A stretch of 63,813 nt of DNA, filler included, from Choristocarpus tenellus KU-1152 (Eukaryota > Protista > Phaeophyceae), in NCBI GenBank assembly GCA_964200185.2. It is 10 parts of 10 records of this genome, joined end to end, with 100 filler letters (N's around TTAATTAATTAA, not from the genome) between each part and the next. Parts side by side here need not be neighbours in the genome. Positions count along the whole stretch, not along the records: positions 39,865 to 53,795 come from CAXNAD020001320.1; positions 53,896 to 56,871 come from CAXNAD020023223.1; positions 56,972 to 61,121 come from CAXNAD020015967.1; positions 61,222 to 63,813 come from CAXNAD020026463.1; 6 more parts are not named here. One strand, given 5' to 3'. Of the stretch, positions 50,411 to 61,399 are shown piece after piece. Under the pieces are notes generated by a model, which was not told where the DNA came from, did not search any database, and saw only the letters and a program-made list of their open reading frames with translations. The number at the start of each line of letters is the position of its first letter. Positions within the stretch are counted from its first letter, which is position 1. The position numbers and the translations under genes were made by a program.

Positions 50411-53256
50411 ATGTCGAGAGACGAGGGTCTCCCGGCCGTAGAAGAAGGGGAAATCCTAGACGCTCTCGATCTAAAGCGGAAGCGGAGCGTGAGGAAATGG
50501 ACTCCCGAGGAAGATAGTCTAATGGTGAGACTGGTTATGGAGCACGGCACCAAGATGTGGGGTGTGATTGGGGCCCAACTGAAAGACAGGACAGGGAAAC
50601 AGTGCCGAGAGAGGTGAGCCCATAACAGCTTAATGTCACGTAGGAAATACCAGGGTGGTTCAATAGGGTTGACAGTTTCACCCCCCACTTTTGACGTTTT
50701 GCATGATGCAAGTGTCCTTCCTGTTCTTCAACGATCACAACATAGGTCTTTTACTGAAGAGCAGTTTCGGCGCTTATCGATATTGACATCAAGTGTGGGT
50801 CCGGGAACCTGTGTGATTGTAATGCCACCGCTACTAAATTGGAAGGAAGATCTGGTTACTTTTGAGGTTGCCTCGATGGTGCATCGACTCCACCGATTCT
50901 GTGCCCTGTTCCCAGTCTAGATCTGGATTGGGTGAAGCTTTGGCAGACTTTTACTCAGCAATGTTTGGGGTGGAACGGCTGTGAGCCTTGCCGTGTCTCT
51001 CGGTACTAATTTTACACTAGAGATTGTTTGTAGACTTTGCAACGGTTGTACACACTATTGCAATCGTGTCTCTCATCAAGACGAACCAGTTTTGTGACCT
51101 CGCATCATACACTGTGGGTTGTGCGCACCATCAGGTGGCATAACCAACTGGACCCGGATATTAAGAAGGACCCATGGACCCCAGGAGAGGAAGATATCCT
51201 CATGCTCGCTCATAGCACACACGGAAACAAGTGGGCCGAGATAGCAAAGATGCTCCCTGGACGAACAGACAATGCCATAAAAAATCACTGGAACTCTGCT
51301 AAACGCCGGTGGGTGCCGTAAAGGTGGTCATGACCTTGTGATTTGGTACATGCATTCTCTTTAGCCTTGTACCTGGCTCTAGTCAAGCTTGTTCTTAGCC
51401 CCCCCTCCCTAAATCCCGCCTCTTTCAATCCTCTGCTTTACTACTACTGTGTTGGTTTACTACACGATAATCCTTGTGATATTGTGTGGACAGAACCTGT
51501 GTCGAATTGTACCACTACTATGACACTGGTATGCCAGCAAGGATGTTTGCATTCGAGCGGAAAGCACCTTTGCTGGCTTTTCATGCCTAAGATATCCCCC
51601 CCTATCGGGTAATACTTTATGTCGGTTGGGAACAGGTGACACACATGACTACATTTGCTGGTGGAAGAATGTTCTTTCAGATATTTGACCAACAGGGGGA
51701 GATATGGGGATTAGAGTTAGGGCAAAGGTGTCAGTATCCTTATTTCCTCAGTTTCTTCCGAACACATAACAGTAGAATTTTTATCCAATGCCTTGATGGA
51801 AAAAGTCACTTCTCCAGTGTTTTGCACCTCCGACATGCCTTCACCCCACGTGAAGTTCAAGATTCATTTGGTAATACCTTGTTGCTGTTGATCACCAAAT
51901 GTCTTTCACTTTTTCTTGTAGATTCCCTAGCATCCACTGGGGCCTTCTCTCAGCTCAGCAGAGCTCAGCAGAATGCTTGGCTCTATTGTTACCCACAGTG
52001 GCATATTGTTAAGAATTCGTTGGGTGGGGGGGGAGAAAGAAGGAAGAGGAGAAGGAGGATGAATGAGAGGGGGGATGCTTCTTTTGTTGTTGTTGATTTG
52101 TATTTGCTGAAGGTCTTGTCCCCCCCCCTCTCTCTCTGACATGACTTGGGACTTTCTAGCCTATTTCTTTTGTTCTGTATCTTTGTGAGTCTGCCATGTA
52201 ATGACCATCTCAGATAGCTGCCTTCATTGGAGAGCTTTCCTTTCAGAGACTGTATGTCACATTTTCTGTTTCTGCTGTCCTTCTGAAATTTCCTTTGGTG
52301 AATTCTTTCACCCTCAGCATTGAACCTTCTTGCCAAGGCTTAGGTTTCTACTTCTTTTTAGCGCCTTACCCCTCCCCCTTCCCCAACCACAACATGACTG
52401 ATGTCTTCCATTAGACATGTTGATGTGAAAGCAATTGCATAGTTCTATTCAACTACAATACCTTACACCCTACAGATTGATGAGCCCTAACCCTATCCAT
52501 TGTGCCTGCAATCAAAATCCTCTACTATATACATTCGACAGCTTTACTTTAATGCTGCCCACAAGAGTGTTTTTCAACACACCTGCCTGCCCAACCCTCT
52601 CCCACTCATCGGCTCCCCTGACAAATTGCATTGCAGACTCTCACGACAACTCAACATGAGCTTTCCTCCTGTTGAGAGGCGAGGTGTGGAGGTGGGCGAA
52701 CGAGGGGATGAGCGCTTTCGCAGGTGCAGCAGCGCTTCTACTTTCTCCCAGAGCAATAGGAGGAAGGGTGGGAGAGGGAGTGATTTGAGGGGGTGGATGG
52801 GAGACTACACTCCAGACCAACTGGGTGATGGTCGCACTGCCTCACCAACATCAGTGACTGAATTTCCTCCAGAAGTAGTGAACATGTTTAGCACCAAGGG
52901 TGTCAACGGCAGCAGGCTTGGAGCTGTGGGGGGGGGGGAAACAAAGGATGGGGGAGTTGTAGGAAAGGACGGGTGTGTCAAAATGGAAGGAAGTCTACCG
53001 CCGCCTGTGTCCAGTGCTGGGGTTGGGTCTAGCAATGGGCAAGTTAGAGGTGAAGTGACAGCAGCACCGTCTATGAGCAACGGGGCTGTTGGTGGAGGCG
53101 GGTGCAGCCGTAGGGTGGGGGGTGGTGGATCGGGACCGGGGCAGGGATGTGGAAGTGCTAGAAATGGGCAGGATGTCAACACGGAAGTGGGGAAGGCAGA
53201 CCTACTTTCTGCCCAGGCACTGTTCCGTGGGAGCATCCCAGGACTCACCTCCTTTG
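50411..53256 (+). CDS. R2R3-MYB transcription factor (3' end beyond the contig break)
   Basis: Exons 50411-50613 (KWTPEED...W..I...[10 protein letters not shown]), 51135-51308 (WHNQLDP.IKK.PWT..E...L..AH...[24 protein letters not shown]) and 52637-53256. Confidence 0.93.
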
Positions 53257-54254
53257 GTGAGTGTGGCAGGGTAGACCTTTTGTTGGGGGGGGGGGAGTGA
53301 TAGGAATGGGTGTGATGATGTGCGCATGTGGGTGGTGTCAAGTGCAGCTACCCTTGGTTTTTGAGTTATGAGTTTTTCTGAACTGGTTTGCGGTGGTTTT
53401 ACTTGTAAGGTTACGGTGTAGAGGACACATACGGTACACCCAGGTCTCACATCTTTGATCCATTTCAATAATAACCATGGTAGGAATGTGCACTGAAATA
53501 GTTGTACTAGAGAGACTTTCTTGCCGATGGTGAGCATGACTTGTTTGGTCTGCATCATCAAAGGGGGGGGGGGGGTGAGGTGGTGTGGCGGAGTTACAGG
53601 GCTGGAAAGTTGACTTTTTAGGAACTGGGTTGGTAGAACTGGGCGTGTGAAGAGAACTTGCAGCTGGAAATCGTGCTTACCTGACTATACCCTAGGTTGT
53701 CAGGTAGAGGTGGGTGTCAGGGTCACAACAAGCAGTTCGATTGTACTATCGCATGTGTGGGGTGCCCCTGTGTACCATGTTGAACAGTGAGTTGTNNNNN
53801 NNNNNNNNNNNNNNNNNNNNNNNNNNNNNNNNNNNNNNNTTAATTAATTAANNNNNNNNNNNNNNNNNNNNNNNNNNNNNNNNNNNNNNNNNNNNGAGGC
53901 AGCCCCTACATTTAAAAACCCCTTCCCCCCCCCCCCACCCCCCCACCCCCCAAACTGTAACTGAAACGCGACTCAAGAGATACACAGGAGATAAAGTTGT
54001 TACAAATTGTTACAGTCTATTGTTACAAATTGTTAGTCTATTGTTACAGTCCCAGTTACAACTCTTCGCAAAAAAAATAAATAGTTTCAGGGTTAGTCTC
54101 CTGTTGGTTTACAAAAATTTATGGGTGTTACTATCATTATTATTATTAATAGTGCTCTTACTATTGTTAGTACTGTTATTATTAATGTTACTATCATTGT
54201 TACTGCTTTTGCTTCTATAACTAGATATGATATTTATTTTATTTTCTGACACAC

Positions 54255-56652
54255 CTGCAGGTGCACTTGACTCCACTCCTGTCCCCGGCCTAACCACCAG
54301 GCCCGCAACCGCCTCCGCCTGGTGATACAACGCCACACAAAAACATAACACATACAACAGTAAGCTGTGATGTGTGTGAATGTATGTTCCAATATACTCC
54401 TTGACATTTCTCCCCTATTTATCTAGTTCTGGAATGTGCTGTGACATTTGTGAATGTATGTTCCAATACACTCCTTGAAATTTCCCCCCTATTTATCTAG
54501 TTCTGGAATGTGCTGTGACATTTGTGAGTGTATATACCAATACACTCCTTGAAATTTCCCCCCTATTTATCTAGTTCTGGAACGTACCCGGGCTGGATCA
54601 GCAGCAGGTGTAAGGTGTGCCATCACCAAACAGGTAACTATCCACACAAACATAGTAGCCCACTCAAGACCTTGCCGAACTGACCCAATGAGGGTCACGC
54701 CAGTCTCCCTGTTAGCCAAAAAGTACAAGGAGACCAAGCCAGACATGACAGAAAACACAATGACCAGCACCTACAACAATAAAATTAAAAAATTAAAAAA
54801 ACAGATAGGAGCAGAGCAGGTGAATGCACAAGTGGTGTTAAGATACACATGCTACGCATACATATTACTTACACATACTTATGTGAACGTATGGGAGACA
54901 CGTCACAGGTAAACACAGACACAAAAAAAGAAAAAGAAAAAAGAAACAAAAAAGATGAATTGGTTCAGTTCGCCCGAGAACCCCAAGTTAACGTTTCAAA
55001 ATAAAATAAAATAAAAATCTGTAGACACTTGGACAACCTCAACAAACGCGTACAAATAAGGTATGGTTTGAGCTCAACAAGTGAGGTATACCTTGTTCAG
55101 TCAAAATATTGTATGCACTATACAAAGCAAGGTATACCTCACGTAGTCAAAAAGTACAGTACACATTGTGCAGAGTAAGGCATACCTTGCTCAGTCAAAA
55201 TACTGTATGCACTATACAAAGCAAGGTATACCCCACATGGTCAGAAAGTACAGTACACATTGTGCAGAGTAAGGTATACCTTACACATCACAATATTAAT
55301 TTTCAGCGCATTAGTGTTAGGGATCCCAGACTAAAAAAAAAACTTTAAGTCCAAAGAAGAAGACACAATGCAAACACCTCTTGACAAATATCAGAAAGGA
55401 CCACAAAAATAAAAACCAGAAAATAATAAAAGAAGAGAACAGAACCCACCAATGAAAAATGCAATAAAAAAACTAAAATTACCCTAGCCCTCCCCTCCCC
55501 CCCCCCCCCCAAAAATAAATAAATAAATAAATGGAGTACACAATGAGAAAGACAGCATGCAGCAGACACTAATCTGCTTGGTGATGAATCATCCATCAAG
55601 TGACAAAAGTAAGGTATACCTCATACGGTCGAAGCTCCAGGTGCAGTGTCCTCGTCAAAGTCAGGTCGCCTAGCTTGAAAAGCACAACCCTCACAACCAA
55701 GAAGATGAGGATGATGTTCAACCCTGAGATCATGTTGGCATGTATGATATTGTCACACTCAATATCCTCCTGACCTGGGGTGGCGTGTACCAAACACCCG
55801 TGCGCCTGCCAATGGACACGAAAAAAAAACAATGAAAAATAAAAATAAAAATAATTATTACTATTTTAATAATACACCAACGGCATAGAAAAAAGAAAAT
55901 CTCACATCAAACACAGGAAAAAGAAAAAACAGCAAATCTCAAAAAAGAGTATTTGTGAGAGGGAAAAAACGGGCAAACAAAGAGTCAACCCAGAGCCTCC
56001 CCCCCCAAAAAAAAAAAAACTTCACATACTTTTATTGTTCTCTCACAATTACAGAACAATTACGGAAGGCACCTCACTCTTAAAAACAAAACAAAACACA
56101 CACACACACACACACAACTATGAATGCTGCTGCACTGTTACTCCTGTATACCCCTAACCATGACAAACTCACATACCCTGTTCGTTCCTGCACAGTGTCC
56201 TCCACAATGACAACGCCTGCCTGCAAAACAGCAAAACCCTCGACAGATCAATCGGATAGACAAAACATGATAGACTTTGCACCCACCCTTCAGATTCTCA
56301 AAAGCACACACATAGGGGTATACAGGTGTTGTGCTGGTGTCAACGTCAACACTTAACCCTAACCCTAACCCTAACCCTAACCCTAATCAAGAAAAAAACA
56401 AGATCCCGCATTGCACCTAACCAAGACCCCTCCTCATGGATGAATGAATCACTGCATCATTAAATCAACAAATGATAGATTCGATTGACTGTAATCAACT
56501 CAAATACATGCATACATAAATATATACATATATACATATATTATTTTTTATATTAACCCTAACCCTAATTGGTGACATACCTGGAAGGCGAGGTAGAACT
56601 CCACTGCCATCAAGAACGTCCCTTCCCAGAAGAAGACTACACTTGTATCCTC
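54255..56652 (-). CDS. Internal exons of an uncharacterised multipass membrane protein
   Basis: Phase-compatible exons 56652-56581, 56216-56177, 55774-55620, 54770-54588 and 54318-54255 give about four hydrophobic segments and a Cys pair (LC...ECDNIIHAN). Both gene ends fall in gaps. Confidence 0.65.
54364..54582. repeat. Intronic tandem repeat, 3 x 74 bp
   Basis: atctagttctggaa at 54421, 54495 and 54569. Confidence 0.9.
55083..55283. repeat. Intronic minisatellite of ~46-bp units alternating A/B, with palindromic AGGTATACCT
   Basis: Five aggtatacc-type cores spaced about 46-47 bp apart. Confidence 0.8.
56354..56386. repeat. Interstitial telomere-type (CCCTAA)n repeat
   Basis: About 5 CCCTAA units inside an intron. 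Confidence 0.85.
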
Positions 56653-57049
56653 CTGAACATTGACAGACATTGACAGAACAACACCACCGGACCCAGGAGG
56701 AAAGGGAATAAATAATGATGAACTATCCAAACTTATTTCTTACACAAAAAAGAACCTTAAACCACATACCAGTGTACCCCCTCACAGTCAACGCATCAAT
56801 AAAAGGCTTATACATAGGCATGAAGTGAAGGGGTGGGGGGGGGGGGGGGGGAAGGGAGGACGGAACCTAAANNNNNNNNNNNNNNNNNNNNNNNNNNNNN
56901 NNNNNNNNNNNNNNNTTAATTAATTAANNNNNNNNNNNNNNNNNNNNNNNNNNNNNNNNNNNNNNNNNNNNCCCGCCACCCCCCTCCCCACTCTCATATA
57001 CTTTGAGGCGTTTTCTAGGGTTACTTCATCCTCCCACCCCACCCCCTAC

Positions 57050-58760
57050 TTAATCTTGGCATAGTCAGAAGAGTGAAGAGCATGAACATGTCCCTACAGC
57101 ACTTAAGGACGCTGCCACTTCGAGGAGTTGAAAGATGCACATGATATGTCCAGCTTAATCTACAAGATGTCTTCATAGTGTACTATGTTTTCTTCAGTCT
57201 GTAATGGCTTCCATATGGGCGTCAGCTATACGTGGATACCCGCACTCATGGAGCAGCAGTCCATCTAAAGGAAACCCATGTTGTGCTAGGACTTGAGACA
57301 CATAGAGAATTATTGTTTCACGAAGTATTTGGTCCAGTTCATCGAGCCGCATTACAGAGTGTTCCACACACAAAGTGACACCACTCATATCGCCTACCAT
57401 AGCAGCAGCATCAACCACATTCACTAGGCTCCCACCACTATGCCACCGTTGACTTTTGCCTCTCCTCCACACCTAATGCGGTGAAGGAGCGGTGGAGGTT
57501 CCCCCCTCCGTACTGTTGTAACATCTGGGGACATCCCAAACACTTTAGTATCCTCATCATCTCCTACGGCATGCCTCACAGCCTTTTCTCCTCATCAACT
57601 GTCTCATATTTCCAACACGTGCCTCCTTATCACTCTATCACTGCACTCATCTTGTTCCAGCCGTGTAATTGCCCTTGTTCTTTACAGGATACATATATAT
57701 CAAGTGTGTATGTGCCAATTTGGGAGGTCTTCTTCTCAACCTTAGCGTAGATGCTATAGTTCACATTTTGAGGCAATAAAGGAAGATCCTTTTGAGCCTG
57801 ATATACACAAAGGAGTCAATGATCACACCACTTTGCCTCCTCGTTCTCCTCGTATAGTAAGTACCAACAACACAATGCTTGGTACAATTTTCGATACAAA
57901 TTACGAAAGAATTCGGGCTTGTTCTGAATGGTGTTGACAGGGCTTGGTGACTTTTGTTAAATGTTTTCGACAGAGAAAGATCATTGTCATGACATGAAAA
58001 TGGGGAATTAATTCAATACAAGGAGTGTAGCTTACTGGATTGGGTTGGTAGAGATATGGTTCTGGGCCACTGTTTTAGTGTATGCACCATAATCCTCACA
58101 GCATTGAGGAAGGATGATGTGGCTGGCAGAGAACATGACTACAGTATGAGCAGTTGTGGGGAATAAAACTTGTGCGGGCTAGAAGACGATTCTTGAAAGG
58201 GAAAAATCAGCATCAGCATAGCCAATAGGCTGATACTTGGGTACAGTCCCATAGTAAAAGAAATCCCATATGACAAACTCCTCTCACTCATACCCAATAA
58301 TTGCGCTATTACCATCTCTTGTGCCTTCCAATCTGAAACCTTAGGGTTCACAAAATTCATCACCAAAGTCCTTGCTGCAGACGAAATATTGGTCCCTAGA
58401 TATTTCTAAAACCGATAAACCTATCTCTTCTAGGTACATAACCAAAAACCTATTCCTCAGACCTCCAACAATCTCAGTATCATATTGTGGTCATTACTAG
58501 CCATCAGTATGAAATCAACATGAACCAAAGGAATCAGTACATTTTTAATCTTCTCCATCCATTGGAAGATGCATTTGTCTTCCTAGCATTGTTCCAGTCC
58601 CAGAACCAGGCAGTTCCAGCAAAGAGTCCACTAACAGCAGTACATTATTGTACAAGGATTTCTCCACTGTTCCATCAACTTCCACCACCCCTTCTGGTAA
58701 GTCCACAATATTTCCAGTGTTCCCACTGCCCTGTCGAAATCTACCACCCTTACAGTAGTT

Positions 58761-58795
<35 letters not shown>

Positions 58796-59000
58796 CACTG
58801 AGGAAGTCATGTCAAAACTGGATCTCGTCCTCCCTGATGACTGAGGTTCCTCAGATATTAGCGGGATATATGTATTGAACCAGGACAGCATCTTTGAACT
58901 CCCCACACTCACGTGTCGTTCCGGTGGTACAGCAAAGGTTGTCCACCATATGATCCTTCAACTTATGTTGGTCATGAGTTCTGGGTTTGTGTTTGTTCTA
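57050..59000 (-). pseudogene. Decayed gene of unknown family (relic R3), homologous to R1
   Basis: Coding-like frames with stops and a (TA)n insertion. Blocks QYIYPAN..IREDEIQF*HDFLSG, EKIKNVLIPLVHVDF, GTVPKYQP, AHTVV...DYGAYTKT and GVTL...YV are collinear with R1. Confidence 0.55.
58763..58793. repeat. (TA)n microsatellite
   Basis: About 15 TA units. Confidence 0.9.
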
Positions 59001-59732
59001 GCCTAGAGCTCTATACTACAGGGTAACAGTTTGGTGAGTGGTGCAGTGTGATGAAGAATGTTGCCATTTTCGCGGTATAATATATGTGGAATTTCCCTAC
59101 ATGCTTTAGAGATCGTGCGTGCATGTGGAACGAACTGTTTGTCAGCAGAAAGCATTATATTTCATTATTAGAGAGTATTCCACCTGTAAAAGGAAGCCTA
59201 CTTCCTATTCCCAAAATTGTTCCAATTCTAAAAAACATTTCAAATATTTACAAGCTTCTAAAACATGCAACATCTGACCAACATGGATTCAACACGAAAT
59301 TTAATCCTTATTTTGTCTATTGCTCAATCACCAGTTGGAACAGTTGCCTCTCAGGAATAAAAAAATAACATGCCCTGTGTTTCACTGACTGACCCCTTCA
59401 GCCTTCAACACTTATCATCTCAAGAACAAAAACATGCACACAAAAAAATGCAAAGCTCCCCCCCCATCCCATTTCGCATAAACGAACAAACAGAATGAAA
59501 AGTCAAATAGACACCGCTAACCAGCACATCACTTCTGTCCACATGTGCCAAGGCTTCCCAGCAGCCCCTGCAGGCCATCACCTCTATAAGGAATGTGTCT
59601 GGACATCCTCCCGACCTCCAGGATTTTCCATCAAAGAGGGATCTCCTTCCTTATTCCAAATGATAAAAATATATGTATTGGCATCTATGTGTGTGTCTGA
59701 CGTGGAGAGGTCAAAGATAAGGAACACCTTCA

Positions 59733-59962
59733 GGTTCAAAGTATCTGGGGGGGNNNNNNNNNNCACGCTGTCGTGTAGTGGGGGGGGGGGGGGGGGGGGG
59801 GGGGGTGCAGGCTGTCCATTTGGGGTCAATTTTTTAATGTCGCGATTTTCGGGTGATTTGGTGGCATACGTTGAATGGATAAGGTAAATGCATTTTTTTT
59901 GCTTTTGGCTCAATTGGACACTCTGGTGTAGACCGCCCCGCCCCCCCCAGATACTTTGGGTC
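59733..59962. mobile_element. MITE family B, full copy
   Basis: TIRs ggttcaaagtatctgggg / ccccagatactttgggtc with TSD TCA. Confidence 0.88.
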
Positions 59963-60877
59963 TCAACCATACCATAGCAGTGAACCATCTTCAAAACGCT
60001 GCATTGAAGCATTCTCGATCTCTTTTTAAATGTGCCCCCACCCACAACCTTACCTCCACAACCCTCCAACAGCACAACCAGGTTGGTCAACCTACTTGCC
60101 AAACAGTGGTTAGTGGTTTACGCTGCCAACTCTTTGTGTAATAGTGAACAGTGCAATCACGTTGTATTCTTGCTGAATTGCATATATCTAGGAGGAGGTA
60201 ATGTAGGACAGGGGACCAGTTGTTGCTTCAGCATTAATTATATGACATAAGAAGAGTGGTTAAGAGAAGTAGGAAGATTTTATTATGTTCAGTAGAATAG
60301 GAAGTGAAAGTCGACAGTAGAGATCCGAGGTCTCAACAGTTCATAGAATATTAACCATTTGCCAACTGATCAATCACAAGGTACATAGAGGGGGAAGAGT
60401 ACCTTTACGGATGAAAGCACCTCGCTTAGTTCTCAGCTGTGGGTAAGAACATGCACAACTATCTTGATAAAGAGTCCTGGGCTTCATCATCGTTACTTCA
60501 ACCTGCTATATTGCAGACCGTTTTGAAGTATTGAAGGTAGGTATTGTTTTCCATATGAAGGAGGTAGTCATCCTATGGCGCGAGCTACACCAACTGGATG
60601 AAAGAGGATAATCACGAGGTGGTTGATGGAGTGGCTAGTAGTAGCCCATGTAAAGAAGCTGCTGAAGTGCTGAGAGTCAATGGACCTCATGTATGCATGA
60701 ACAAAGAAATGGAGAGAAATATAGTATCTACTGTGGGAAACAATGATTACAAGTAAGAAGGTTGTAGAGAAAGACTGGGGAGTGAAGAGAAGAGCAGAGA
60801 CAAGGAGAGGAATGGTGGGAGTGGTACTGGTATCTAGCAACGCCCAAGGGGTACCAATTCAATTTGGTGAAATCGTT

Positions 60878-61028
60878 GCCTCAAAGTATCTGGGGGGGGG
60901 GGTGCCGGCTGCCCATCTGGGCCCATTTTTCCATGTCGCGGTTTTTGGGTGAATTTGGTTGCATGCATTGAATGGGTAATGGAAGTTCACTTCTCCTGGT
61001 CAGAGCCCAAATGGACAATCTGGTGTAG

Positions 61029-61060
<32 letters not shown>
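60878..61060. mobile_element. MITE family B, right end lost in poly-C and the contig break
   Basis: gcctcaaagtatctgggggg...; body collinear with 59733-59962. Confidence 0.8.
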
Positions 61061-61061
<1 letters not shown>

Positions 61062-61399
61062 TTCCCCCCCCCCCCAACCACAACAACCAACAAACAAACA
61101 AGTCCCCGAACCACGGCAGGANNNNNNNNNNNNNNNNNNNNNNNNNNNNNNNNNNNNNNNNNNNNTTAATTAATTAANNNNNNNNNNNNNNNNNNNNNNN
61201 NNNNNNNNNNNNNNNNNNNNNTGTGTTTATGTTTGTTTATTTCTAGTTTTCTTATATATGGGGGAGTTCAAGGAAAAGTTTGGGTGTGGGGGGGGGGGGG
61301 GGGGGGGGGGGGGGGCTAGTTCCTAGTCTACAGGATTAATTAATTCTTCATGCGTCCTAATAGCAACATTTGGTGTGTACAATACGTCGCAAAGCATCT

